64,000 nt of DNA from NCBI GenBank assembly GCA_028279445.1, contig JANQNT010000011.1, positions 1,826-65,825 on the forward strand, read 5' to 3'. Numbering within the stretch: the stretch's first letter is position 1; every line of letters begins with the position of its first letter. The stretch is from Tepidamorphaceae bacterium. GTDB lineage: Bacteria > Pseudomonadota > Alphaproteobacteria > Rhizobiales > Tepidamorphaceae. This document shows positions 28,060-37,129 of this stretch, in pieces. The notes beneath the pieces are model-generated. The model searched no databases. It had not been told where the DNA came from and worked only from the letters and a program-made list of their open reading frames with translations. The position numbers and the translations under genes are program-made.

Positions 28060-28283
28060 ATCGGTCGCCTCCGATTTGAGACGTTTCCCGCTCGCGGCAG
28101 TCCGCCCGCAAACGGAACGTCGGAGCCTCGACGCAGCCCAAGTCTCACGGGGCGAACCCGATGTTCGGACTACGTCTTAAGACCTGTTTTTACCCGGGTT
28201 TGCAGCGTTCCCCAACAAAAAATCATTCTGCACTGCAGCATGTGTGGACCGCTGTTGTTGCGGAATCTGATTGAATATGGACC

Positions 28284-29555
28284 CTATCGGTGCAGTTGCT
28301 CTTGCAGCCAATGGGCAGCGGCCAGTGTTTGCTGGTCGGCCATTGCCGAGCCGACAATCTGTACGCCAAGCGGCAGGCCGGCATCGCAGACAAGGCCCGG
28401 CACGTTGACGCAAGGGACTCCCATCAGCGTCCACAGCTTGTTGAAGGTGGGATTGCCGGTGGCGCCGAGCCCATGGGGTGCGGGGCCTTCCGCGCTCGGC
28501 GTCAGCAGTACGTCGACGCTCTGAAACAGCTCCATCAGTTGCAGGCGCGCCGCCTTGGCGGTCTGACCGGCACCGTCATAGGCCTCCGGCGTGATCGTTG
28601 CGCCTTCCTCAAGCGTGGCGGCGAGCAGCTTGCTCAGTTTCTCGCGGTGCGTGTCGTATTCCCACGCAAGCGCGCGGGCCGCCTCGAAGTTCTGGATCAC
28701 GCGATGGGCGTCGTAGGCGTGCGCGAACATCGCCGGCAGCGGGCAATCGATGACGGTCGCCCCCGCCGCGCGCGCGGCTTCGGCGGCTGTTTCGATGGCC
28801 GCCTGCATTCGTGGCTCGGCGTTCTCCCACTGATCGGTATGGCAGATACCGATGCGCGGCGCGGCGACAGTTTGCGGGATGCTCAGCGCGCGGTCGGTCA
28901 GGAGGGAGGCGAAGAAGGCGCAGTCGGCGACCGTCGCGCCGAACACGCCGACCGTGTCGAGCGACGCGGAGAACGGCTTGACGCCCTGGATCGGGATCAG
29001 CTTGTAGCTCGGCTTGTAGCCGGCGATGCCGCAATAGGCGGCCGGACGCACGATCGAGCCGCCGGTCTGGGTGCCGAAGGCGAATGGCAGCATGCCCGCG
29101 GCAATCGCCGCCGCTGATCCCGACGAGGACCCGCCCGGCGTGTGTTCGGTGTTCCAGGGATTGCGGGTGCCGGCGGGATGCAGGAAGGCGAACTCGGTGG
29201 TGACCGTCTTGCCGACGACAGCGCCGCCGGCGCGCCTGGTCAGCGCCACGGCCGCCGCATCGCCCCGGCTGCGGTTGCCGACATGGATCGGCGAGCCCTG
29301 CGCGGTGGGGAAGTCGGCGGTGTCCATGATGTCCTTGACGCCGACCGGCAGGCCCATCAGCGGCCCGTTGCCGGGATGTTCGGCGGCCGCCGCGTAGTCC
29401 GCCACCACGAAACAGCCAAGCTCGGCCTCGCGGGCGGCATGGGCGTCGGCGAAACGCTGCACGGCTTCGGCGCGGCTGGTGGCGCCCGACACCAGATCGC
29501 GCAGGACCTGGATGCCGGAAACCGGAGAGACAAGCGGTGGATTGCTGGTGGACAC
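28284..29555 (-). CDS. Amidase (amidase-signature family)
   Basis: GGSSSGSAAAIAAG signature, KDIMDT, GGSIVRPAAYCG. Start uncertain: GTG 29555 preceded by AGGGAG, or ATG 29630. Confidence 0.88.
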   Translation of the reverse strand: MSTSNPPLVSPVSGIQVLRDLVSGATSRAEAVQRFADAHAAREAELGCFVVADYAAAAEHPGNGPLMGLPVGVKDIMDTADFPTAQGSPIHVGNRSRGDAAAVALTRRAGGAVVGKTVTTEFAFLHPAGTRNPWNTEHTPGGSSSGSAAAIAAGMLPFAFGTQTGGSIVRPAAYCGIAGYKPSYKLIPIQGVKPFSASLDTVGVFGATVADCAFFASLLTDRALSIPQTVAAPRIGICHTDQWENAEPRMQAAIETAAEAARAAGATVIDCPLPAMFAHAYDAHRVIQNFEAARALAWEYDTHREKLSKLLAATLEEGATITPEAYDGAGQTAKAARLQLMELFQSVDVLLTPSAEGPAPHGLGATGNPTFNKLWTLMGVPCVNVPGLVCDAGLPLGVQIVGSAMADQQTLAAAHWLQEQLHR

Positions 29556-29751
29556 GGAACGCAACTCCCTGGCAGGACGGCAGGTGACCCCAAGGGTCGA
29601 GACCCTAATCACGGTGGGCGTTGCTGCCAAGGCCCGCGGGCCGGTGGGTTAACGCCCGATTCACCATGTGACCGCGAACTGGATCGCCGGAACCCGCCGC
29701 GCGCGTTGCGTTAATGCAAGGTTAGTGCGATCGGCGCCATTTCTGGTGGTC

Positions 29752-30426
29752 ATGATGTGGAGCCAGCGATATCGCAAGGCCTTCGCGCTCGCCATGGCGG
29801 TGTTCGTCACCGCGTGCGCCGGGCCGGGGGTGTATTTCGTCGACACCTATGCGCCGTGGCGCAAGGACACCGAGCTGGCCTGCCTGCGCGCCGGGCTGAG
29901 CTACACGACAGCCTTCGCCGAACAGCGGCCGCGCCTCAACGGGCCGCGCAGTTGCGGTGCCATCCGGCCGTTCAGTGTCTCGCACACCGCCTTCGGCGCG
30001 GTCAGCATGGAACCGGCCGCGCTGGTGCGCTGTCCGATGGTTCCCGCGATCGACGACTGGGTGCGGATCTCTGTGCTGCCGGCGGCGCGCCGCCATTTCG
30101 GCCAGGACGTGGTGGCGGTCACCCATATGGGCACCTATAGCTGCCGGCCGCGCAACAACCGCCGTGGCGCGCGGCTGTCCGAACACGGCTTCGCCAATGC
30201 CATCGACATTGCCGGCTTCCGCCTGGCGGACGGGCGCAAGATCACCGTGACCAAGGGCTGGCGGGGCCGGTCGGACGAGCGCGCTTTCCTGCGCGACGTC
30301 TACAAGGACGCCTGCACCCACTTCAACACGACGCTGGGGCCGGACACCAACGCCGCCCACCGCAACCACTTCCACTTCGACCTCGCCCGCCACGGCCGCG
30401 ACGGGCAGGGCAAGGTGTGCCGCTAG
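29752..30426 (+). CDS. Extensin-like C-terminal domain protein (lipoprotein-like)
   Basis: ATG 29752 gives MMWSQRYRKAFALAMAVFVTAC (lipobox-like). SEHGFANAIDIAGF, HRNHFHFDL. Confidence 0.75.
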   Translation: MMWSQRYRKAFALAMAVFVTACAGPGVYFVDTYAPWRKDTELACLRAGLSYTTAFAEQRPRLNGPRSCGAIRPFSVSHTAFGAVSMEPAALVRCPMVPAIDDWVRISVLPAARRHFGQDVVAVTHMGTYSCRPRNNRRGARLSEHGFANAIDIAGFRLADGRKITVTKGWRGRSDERAFLRDVYKDACTHFNTTLGPDTNAAHRNHFHFDLARHGRDGQGKVCR

Positions 30427-30469
30427 GTGCGATTGGCGAACAGCAGGCCAGCCCGCTGTTCATCATGCC

Positions 30470-31210
30470 GTGTGGTGTCGTAGGGGCGATAGACTAGCAA
30501 GAGGTACTTTTCTATGTCTCAAATCCTCCGCTAACGGCGCTTCACCGAGAAAATTCCATTCGACATACAACTTTCCCATGGGGACCTCACCTCAAAAATT
30601 GGCCTATATCGACCAGTTGCTTGCTATAAAGTTTCCATCAAGGTCAAAACGAAGTAGAATTGGCCTATCATAATTCAAAATTATGCTTATGATGTGAATA
30701 AAATACCATTCATACGGGCTTTTATATCTGTAAACCAAAACATTATATCCATCATGAGAATATTCTTCTTTCTTTATTGAAAATTCTTCAACATATTCTA
30801 TTATTTCATGTTTCTTACAGTTCTTATCCCTGAGAGTTGCATTGAACAAATTTGCAAATGATCCGCCGATGTATTGCCTATCTTTCTTCCCCACTATGTA
30901 GTCATGCACCTCGCTCAGCGGCGGCGAGTTCAGCGCTTTCTCACATGCGGTCTCCGCACGCACCGCAGGTGCTGCAAACAGTGCGGACACCAGCAATGCG
31001 CCGCCAAGCAATCGTGTCATCGCGTTTCGAGACCATCTGCTCAGGTCCGTCGCGCGACATGGCAAAAGCTCCCTGACGCTGAGCGCCTCACGGCCACCTG
31101 CCGGTCGAGAGGAGTGATCTGGACGGCTTTTCATGCGTGGCATCTCCCATACGCCTCCTGTGACGATCATCTGGTCAGCAAGTCCTTTTTGCCATGACAA
31201 TGATATGGTG
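30470..31210. other. Low-GC genomic islet 2
   Basis: 19 of 60 G+C in 30661-30720. Single minus-strand gene. Confidence 0.55.
30604..31020 (-). CDS. Hypothetical secreted protein (orphan, AT-rich)
   Basis: ATG 31020 gives MTRLLGGALLVSALFAAPAVRA signal peptide. Lys/Tyr/Ile-rich mature part. No recognisable motif. Confidence 0.5.
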   Translation of the reverse strand: MTRLLGGALLVSALFAAPAVRAETACEKALNSPPLSEVHDYIVGKKDRQYIGGSFANLFNATLRDKNCKKHEIIEYVEEFSIKKEEYSHDGYNVLVYRYKSPYEWYFIHIISIILNYDRPILLRFDLDGNFIASNWSI

Positions 31211-31463
31211 CAGGGTGACTGCTAACGCCTGCTTATCCGGATCGTCGCGACTCGTGTTGACCGGTGGCCGCGTCATGCACCGCGCGCCAACGACCTTCCC
31301 CTAGGTGATACCGCGCTTGCCGTGCCGGGCGCGGGCCTGTCACTCCCGTGTCACGATAATCATTCCCGTTCGCGCCATAAGCGCTGCCTGATCGATCCCG
31401 GACGCGAGTCGGGATATCACTGGCGGCTTATCCGGGCGGGAGATATCCGATGCGTACAGGTGC

Positions 31464-32786
31464 GTGGACGTGAGCGAGGCGGTGGCCGAAACCGCGCCGC
31501 AGCCCTTCGGCGCCTTCGTGCGCGAATGGGCCAAGATCGGCGTGCTCTCGTTCGGCGGGCCGGCCGGCCAGATCGCGCTGATGCATCGCGTCGCGGTCGA
31601 CGAGAAGAAGTGGATCGGTGAGGCGCAGTTCCTGCACGCGCTCAATTTCTGCATGCTGCTGCCGGGACCCGAGGCACAGCAACTCGCCACCTATATCGGC
31701 TGGCTGACGCACGGGCTGCGCGGCGGGCTTGTCGCCGGCATCCTGTTTGTGCTGCCGGGCTTCTTCGTCATCCTCGCATTAGCCTTGGCATATGCGTTGT
31801 TCCAGGACACCGGTTTCGTCACCAGCCTGTTCTTCGGGCTGAAGGCCGCCGTGCTGGCGATCGTCATCCAGGCATTGCTGAAGATCGCCTCGCGAGCGCT
31901 GACGACGCCGATTGCATGGACATTGGCCGGCGTTGCCTTCCTGGCGCTGTTCGCCTTCTCCGTTCCGTTTCCGGTGGTGGTGCTCAGCGCCGCGCTGTTC
32001 GGTTTCGTGGTGGCGGGTGCGTTTCCGCCGAAGGCGACCGATGACGCGCTGCCCGAAGCCGCTCCCACTGGTGGGGTGGCGCGTGCGCTTCGCCTGATCG
32101 TCATGTTCGCTTTGCTGTGGGCGGCGCCGGTACTGATCGCCGGTGCCATACTCGGTTTCGACAGCGTCTTCGTGCCGCTTGGCGTCTTCATGTCGAAGAT
32201 GGCGGTGGTCACCTTCGGCGGGGCCTACGCGGTGCTGGCCTATGTGGCGCAGCAGGCCGTCGAGGTGCACGGCTGGCTCAATCCTGGCGAGATGCTTGAC
32301 GGGCTGGCGCTGGCCGAGACGACGCCGGGACCGCTGGTGCTGGTGCTCTCCTTCGTCGGCGCGCTGGCCGGTTTCCGCGATGCGGCGGGCCTGTCGCCGG
32401 TCGCCGGTGCGACGCTCGGCGCGTTCCTGACCACCTGGGTCACCTTCGTGCCGTGCTTCCTGTGGATTTTCCTCGGCGCCCCCTACATGGAGCGCCTGCG
32501 CACCAACCGGCGGCTTGCCGCGGCGCTCTCGGCGATCACCGCGGCCGTGGTCGGCGTCATCCTGAACCTGGCGGTGTGGTTCGCGGTGCATGCGCTGTTC
32601 GGCGAGGTGGGCACGCTGCACGCCGGCATCGCCGACATGGTCTGGCCGGTCTGGTCCACGCTCGACTTGTGGGCGCTGGCGCTCACGGTGCTGGCCTTCG
32701 CACTGGTGTTCGGGCTGAAGACCGGACTGGCGAGCGTGCTCGGCGTATGCGCCGTCGCGGGTCTGCTCGTGCAGGTGGTGGTGTAG
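31464..32786 (+). CDS. chrA: Chromate ion transporter (CHR family, duplicated domain)
   Basis: 440 aa. FGGPAGQIALMHR, MLLPGPEAQQLATYIGW, second half TFGGAYAVLAYV, ETTPGPLVLVLSFVG. Confidence 0.88.
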   Translation: MDVSEAVAETAPQPFGAFVREWAKIGVLSFGGPAGQIALMHRVAVDEKKWIGEAQFLHALNFCMLLPGPEAQQLATYIGWLTHGLRGGLVAGILFVLPGFFVILALALAYALFQDTGFVTSLFFGLKAAVLAIVIQALLKIASRALTTPIAWTLAGVAFLALFAFSVPFPVVVLSAALFGFVVAGAFPPKATDDALPEAAPTGGVARALRLIVMFALLWAAPVLIAGAILGFDSVFVPLGVFMSKMAVVTFGGAYAVLAYVAQQAVEVHGWLNPGEMLDGLALAETTPGPLVLVLSFVGALAGFRDAAGLSPVAGATLGAFLTTWVTFVPCFLWIFLGAPYMERLRTNRRLAAALSAITAAVVGVILNLAVWFAVHALFGEVGTLHAGIADMVWPVWSTLDLWALALTVLAFALVFGLKTGLASVLGVCAVAGLLVQVVV

Positions 32787-33032
32787 GGGCAATTCCAGGC
32801 ACGCTGACCTCTCCCCACCGCCACCCCTTCGCGCGCTTCGCAACCGGTTGTTTCTTGGTCCGTTTGTCCCCAGCAAACGATGCACGGTCGCCAACACTTT
32901 CCAGGACACACTTCCAAATCGGGCGTCAATCGCTAGTATTGCCCGAGAAACAAGAAAAAGAGACACAGCCGTGGCGCCGCTGCAGCGCAGCAATTGCTGT
33001 TCGATCAGGCTGTGGACATCATGGAGGGGATC

Positions 33033-33452
33033 ATGTTTCAGCGCATTCTGGCGCCTGTCGACCTTGCACATCTGGGCGCGCTCGAGCGGGCGCTGAATAT
33101 CACCGCTGCCGAGGCACGCCAGCACGGCGCCGCGGTTACCTATGTCTCGGTGACCGGGCCCGCGCCGGGATCGCTGGCGCACAATCCCGACGAGTTCAGG
33201 GCAAAGCTTGAGTCCTTTGCAAAGGAACAGGCCGAAAGCCACGGCATCGACGCAAGCGCCCTTGCGGTGGTCAGCAACGATCCGACCACCGATATCGACG
33301 ACGCGCTGCTGGAGGCCGTCGAACAGACCGGTGCGGACCTCGTCATCATGGCTTCGCACAAGCCGGGCGTTGCCGAATTCTTCTGGCCGTCGAACGGCGG
33401 CAAGGTCGCCGCGCATTCAAAGGCGTCGGTGTTTGTCGTGCGCGACGCGTGA
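33033..33452 (+). CDS. Universal stress protein family
   Basis: GGAGGGG RBS. MFQRILAPVDL..., ADLVIMASHKPG, GGKVAAHSKASVFVVR. Confidence 0.85.
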   Translation: MFQRILAPVDLAHLGALERALNITAAEARQHGAAVTYVSVTGPAPGSLAHNPDEFRAKLESFAKEQAESHGIDASALAVVSNDPTTDIDDALLEAVEQTGADLVIMASHKPGVAEFFWPSNGGKVAAHSKASVFVVRDA

Positions 33453-33564
33453 TCGGGCGACCATAACGGACCTGGGGTCTGCAAACCGGGGTCCGCAATC
33501 ATAAGACCGTTCAAGGTCTTATCGGCCACGCGGGCATGCGGGCTGAAAAAACGGGGAGGGGACG

Positions 33565-35160
33565 ATGGCAAACCTGGAAGGCTCGCAGTCCGGGGAAACC
33601 CGGGACAGCGAATTTGAAACGGACTTCCAACTCGGCCAGGACAATATTCGGCCGTTCGGACTGGACATCCACAATCCGGTCTTTGTGATTTCCGGACTTG
33701 TGGTCATCGCCTTCGTGCTGCTGGCGCTGGCCAATCAGGAGGCGTCGGCGGAGTTCTTCGGATGGCTCAGGCCGTTCCTGACCAGCCAGTTCGACTGGTT
33801 CCTGGTGATCTCTGTCAACATCATGCTGGTGTTCTGCCTGGTGCTGATCTTCCTGCCGGTGGGAGCGGTGCGGATCGGCGGCAAGGACGCCAAGCCCGAC
33901 TACTCCTATCCCGGCTGGATCGCGATGATGTTCGCTGCCGGTATCGGCATCGGGCTGTTGTTCTTCGGCGTGCTCGAGCCGACCTACTACAACTTCGCCG
34001 AGAACGGCGGTGCACGGCCGCTGGGCATCGACATCACCCAGCCCGGCAACGAGTACATCGGCATCGTCGGCACCATTCACCACTGGGGTCTGGGGGGCTG
34101 GTGCGTCTATGCGGTGGTCGGCCTGACGCTGGCGGTCTTCTGCTACAACAAGGGCCTGCCGATGACCCTGCGCTCGGCCTTCTACCCGATCCTGGGCGAG
34201 CGCATCTGGGGCTGGTGGGGCCATCTCATCGATACGCTGGCGGTGTTCGCCACGCTGTTCGGCCTGACCACGTCGCTGGGGCTTGGCGCGCAGCAGGTGG
34301 CCTTCGGCCTCAACGCGGTCTTCGGCATCGAGACGACCAACACGGTCGTGGTGCTGCTGATCGTCGGGATCACCGCGATTGCGCTCGGCTCGGTGCTGCT
34401 CGGCATGGACAAGGGCGTCAAGCGGCTCTCCGAGATCAACATGCTGATGGCGGTCGCGCTGTTCTTCTTCGTCTTCTTCGTCACCGGCGCCGTCGACGCG
34501 ATCACCCGCTATGTCGGCGTGATGGTCGATTACGTGGTCCTGCTGCCGGCGCTGTCGAATCCGTTCGGGCGCGAGGACACCAGCTTCTTCCACGGCTGGA
34601 CGACGTTCTACTGGGCCTGGTGGATCGCCTGGTCTCCCTTCGTGGGCATGTTCATCGCGCGCATCTCGCGCGGGCGCACCGTGCGTGAGTTCGTGCTCTG
34701 TGCCCTGATCGCGCCGACCTGCGTGTGTGCGCTGTGGATGTCGACCTTCGGCGGCGCGGCGATCGACATGATCAACCAGGGCGGCGCGCCGGGCGTCGTC
34801 GCCACGGTGATCGACAGCTACAAGCCTGAAGGCGCCCTGTTCGGCTTCCTGCAGGAGCTGCCGCTCTATTCCATCATCTCGCCGATCGCGCTGGTGCTGA
34901 TCGTGATCTTCTTCGTCACGTCATCGGACTCCGGTTCGCTGGTGATCGACACGATCACCGCCGGCGGCAAGATGGACGCGCCGGTGGTGCAGCGGGTGTT
35001 CTGGTGCACGCTTGAGGGGCTGGTCGCCATCGCGCTGCTGCTCGGCGGCGGCCTGTCGGCCCTGCAGGGCGCGGCGGTGTCGACCGGCATCCCGTTCACC
35101 CTGGTGGTGCTGGCGATGTGCTGGTGCGTCTACTCGGCGCTGAAGACGGAGCCGCGATAG
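33565..35160 (+). CDS. BCCT family (betaine/carnitine/choline) transporter
   Basis: 531 aa. FAAGIGIGLLFFGVLEP, HWGLGGWCVYA, WTTFYWAWWIAWSPFVGMFIARISRGRTVREF. Confidence 0.92.
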   Translation: MANLEGSQSGETRDSEFETDFQLGQDNIRPFGLDIHNPVFVISGLVVIAFVLLALANQEASAEFFGWLRPFLTSQFDWFLVISVNIMLVFCLVLIFLPVGAVRIGGKDAKPDYSYPGWIAMMFAAGIGIGLLFFGVLEPTYYNFAENGGARPLGIDITQPGNEYIGIVGTIHHWGLGGWCVYAVVGLTLAVFCYNKGLPMTLRSAFYPILGERIWGWWGHLIDTLAVFATLFGLTTSLGLGAQQVAFGLNAVFGIETTNTVVVLLIVGITAIALGSVLLGMDKGVKRLSEINMLMAVALFFFVFFVTGAVDAITRYVGVMVDYVVLLPALSNPFGREDTSFFHGWTTFYWAWWIAWSPFVGMFIARISRGRTVREFVLCALIAPTCVCALWMSTFGGAAIDMINQGGAPGVVATVIDSYKPEGALFGFLQELPLYSIISPIALVLIVIFFVTSSDSGSLVIDTITAGGKMDAPVVQRVFWCTLEGLVAIALLLGGGLSALQGAAVSTGIPFTLVVLAMCWCVYSALKTEPR

Positions 35161-35171
35161 CCCATATCGAC

Positions 35172-35213
35172 ACCCCGACCGCTGGTTCTCGCCAGAACCA
35201 TGCCGGTCGGGGT
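35172..35213. terminator. Intergenic hairpin between convergent genes (bidirectional terminator candidate)
   Basis: accccgaccg...cggtcggggt, with inner tggttct/agaacca. No U-run. Confidence 0.35.
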
Positions 35214-35215
35214 CG

Positions 35216-35650
35216 TCAGGCGCCGCCATCCGCCTTTGCGGATGACATTTCGCGGAACCGCTCGAACATCATCTGGTATTCCGCCGGGATATCGCGGAAG
35301 GACAACAGGCCGGCGACGCGGCCGCCATCCATAACGGGAAGATGGCGGAAGGCGTCGCCGAGCTTGGCCGCCAGCGTGTCGGAGATCGCGTCGTCGATCG
35401 CCACGGTGGTGAGATCGCGGGACATGATGTCGGCGGCCGTCGTGCTGGCGACGGGCAGATCGCGCGCCACGCCGCGGAACACGATGTCGCGCTCGGAGAG
35501 TATCCCGACGAGCTTCTCGCCCTCGATTACCACCACGGCGCCGACCTCGTGCTCGGCCATCAGTCTGGCGGCATCTGCGAGCAGGTCTCCCGGCGCGACG
35601 CTGTGGAGCGGTCTTTCTCCGAGAATTTCGCGGATGGTGCTGATCGTCAT
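35216..35650 (-). CDS. CBS domain-containing protein
   Basis: ATG 35650 (MTISTIREIL...). Two CBS repeats (VGAVVVIEGEKLVGILSERDI, RHLPVMDGGRVAGLLSFRDI). Confidence 0.85.
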   Translation of the reverse strand: MTISTIREILGERPLHSVAPGDLLADAARLMAEHEVGAVVVIEGEKLVGILSERDIVFRGVARDLPVASTTAADIMSRDLTTVAIDDAISDTLAAKLGDAFRHLPVMDGGRVAGLLSFRDIPAEYQMMFERFREMSSAKADGGA

Positions 35651-35907
35651 GTGCCTTCCGGCGGTCCTTGCTGTGCGTTGTGTCTCGAAACGATAGTCAG
35701 CGGGGGATTGGGGGACAAGCCGGGCAGGTCGTGCTGCGGAGTGCGCCCCTTGTGTGATGCGGCGCGACCCGATCTTTGCGTTGCCCCGGATCAAGTGCGG
35801 GGTGACGTACGGAGCTGAATGTCCGCCTCGCGAACATGCCTGGCGAGCCGCAGCGGCAATCCTAGTTTCAGGCTGACATCGAGCCACAAGCGCACCTGGA
35901 GCAGATA

Positions 35908-36351
35908 ATGATTGAGCGCCTCGACTATGCTTCCTTGAATGCGGCCGCCATCGCGAGCATGGCGAAGGCAAATGACAAAATGCCCTCGATCGACAAGAGG
36001 CTGAGGGCGGTCATTGAACTCAGGGTTTCCCAGATAAATGGCTGTGCATATTGCGTGGACCTTCACACCACTCAAGCAAGACAGGCCGGTGAAACGCCGC
36101 AACGGCTTGATTGCCTGACGGTCTGGAGAGAAGTCCCCTTCTTCGATGAGGCGGAGAAAGCGGCACTTGCCTGGGCTGAGGCTGTTACAACGATTTCTGA
36201 TAACGGTGCGCCGGAGCCCCTCTACGTGGCGCTGTCCGACCACTTTTCCGAGCACCAGATTGTCGATCTGACGCTGATTGTCGCGCAAATGAATGCGTGG
36301 AACCGGCTGGCTATCAGTTTCGGCCATCTTCCAGGGCCGAGAGAGGAATGA
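35908..36351 (+). CDS. Carboxymuconolactone decarboxylase / AhpD-like family protein
   Basis: 147 aa. ELRVSQINGCAYCVDLH (CxxC), WREVPFFDEAEKAALAWAEAVT. Confidence 0.85.
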   Translation: MIERLDYASLNAAAIASMAKANDKMPSIDKRLRAVIELRVSQINGCAYCVDLHTTQARQAGETPQRLDCLTVWREVPFFDEAEKAALAWAEAVTTISDNGAPEPLYVALSDHFSEHQIVDLTLIVAQMNAWNRLAISFGHLPGPREE

Positions 36352-36401
36352 AGCTCCGCGAATGTCAGTTCTGTCCGCAAAGCTGCCAGATACCACCCAA
36401 T

Positions 36402-36791
36402 TCAGGCCGCTCGTATCTGTTTCCACAAATACACCAGACCGACCAGCGCGGGCACGATCAGCAAGGCCACGACCATGGGGACCGCGGATTCCAGGTAGGT
36501 CGCATCCATCGTGTACACGGTGGTTGCGTCGACGATGTCGGTGACGCAGCGCGCCGCCAGCGCGGCGAACAGTGCCGCATGGCTGCGCAGCAGGACGGCA
36601 AGGATCACGGCCAGAACGGCGGTCAGGTTGCGCGTGATGTACGCCATCGTCGTGTAGTCGAAATCGGGCGGCGGATTGAACAGTGTCGACAGGGCAAAGA
36701 ACGAGACGATGACGATCTGCAGCGCGATGATGATCCAGAACCATTTCGGCAGGAATTGTCCCCATGGTGTGTTCAGTGAAGCCGTGTTCAT
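36402..36791 (-). CDS. Hypothetical membrane protein
   Basis: ATG 36791 (MNTASLNTPWGQFLPKWFWIIIALQIVIVSFF...). Four predicted TM stretches. Confidence 0.55.
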   Translation of the reverse strand: MNTASLNTPWGQFLPKWFWIIIALQIVIVSFFALSTLFNPPPDFDYTTMAYITRNLTAVLAVILAVLLRSHAALFAALAARCVTDIVDATTVYTMDATYLESAVPMVVALLIVPALVGLVYLWKQIRAA

Positions 36792-36990
36792 GGTGTTTCG
36801 GTCCTCCGCTGGGTGAAACGAGTCGACCGGATGATAGATCATCTCCCCGGTGCGTTTCACGCGCGCGAGACGCGGCGTCCTTGCGTCCCTGTAGCGCCTA
36901 AGGCGCGCCACGCCTCTTGCCAGGCCGCTCCTCACGGATGAGGTTGATGGTGATGGCGGTTGGCCATAGGCCGTGCGGAACACTCTGTGC

Positions 36991-37126
36991 GTCACCCCGG
37001 ACAGGTCCGCCAGGACCGTGATCCGGGGTCCATGGGGCGGGTGCCACAGACGCTCCGGGACGTTGATATGCACGGCAGATGCATCATGGACCCCGGATCA
37101 CGCGCTGGCGCGCTGTCCGGGGTGAC
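36991..37126. repeat. 136-nt compound imperfect palindrome
   Basis: Arms 36991-37034 and 37085-37126: gtcaccccggacag/ctgtccggggtgac (14 bp), cgccag/ctggcg (6 bp), gtgatccggggtccatg/catggaccccggatcac (17 bp). 50-nt central loop. Non-coding. Confidence 0.75.
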
Positions 37127-37129
37127 GAG

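Noticed and set aside
27536-28524. ORFs 27536-28141 (minus) and 27799-28524 (plus) in the metF-amidase gap.
   Set aside because: They read straight through terminator hairpins and the tandem repeat. Their composition is Ser/Arg/Pro/Gly-rich, and one runs antisense into the amidase gene.
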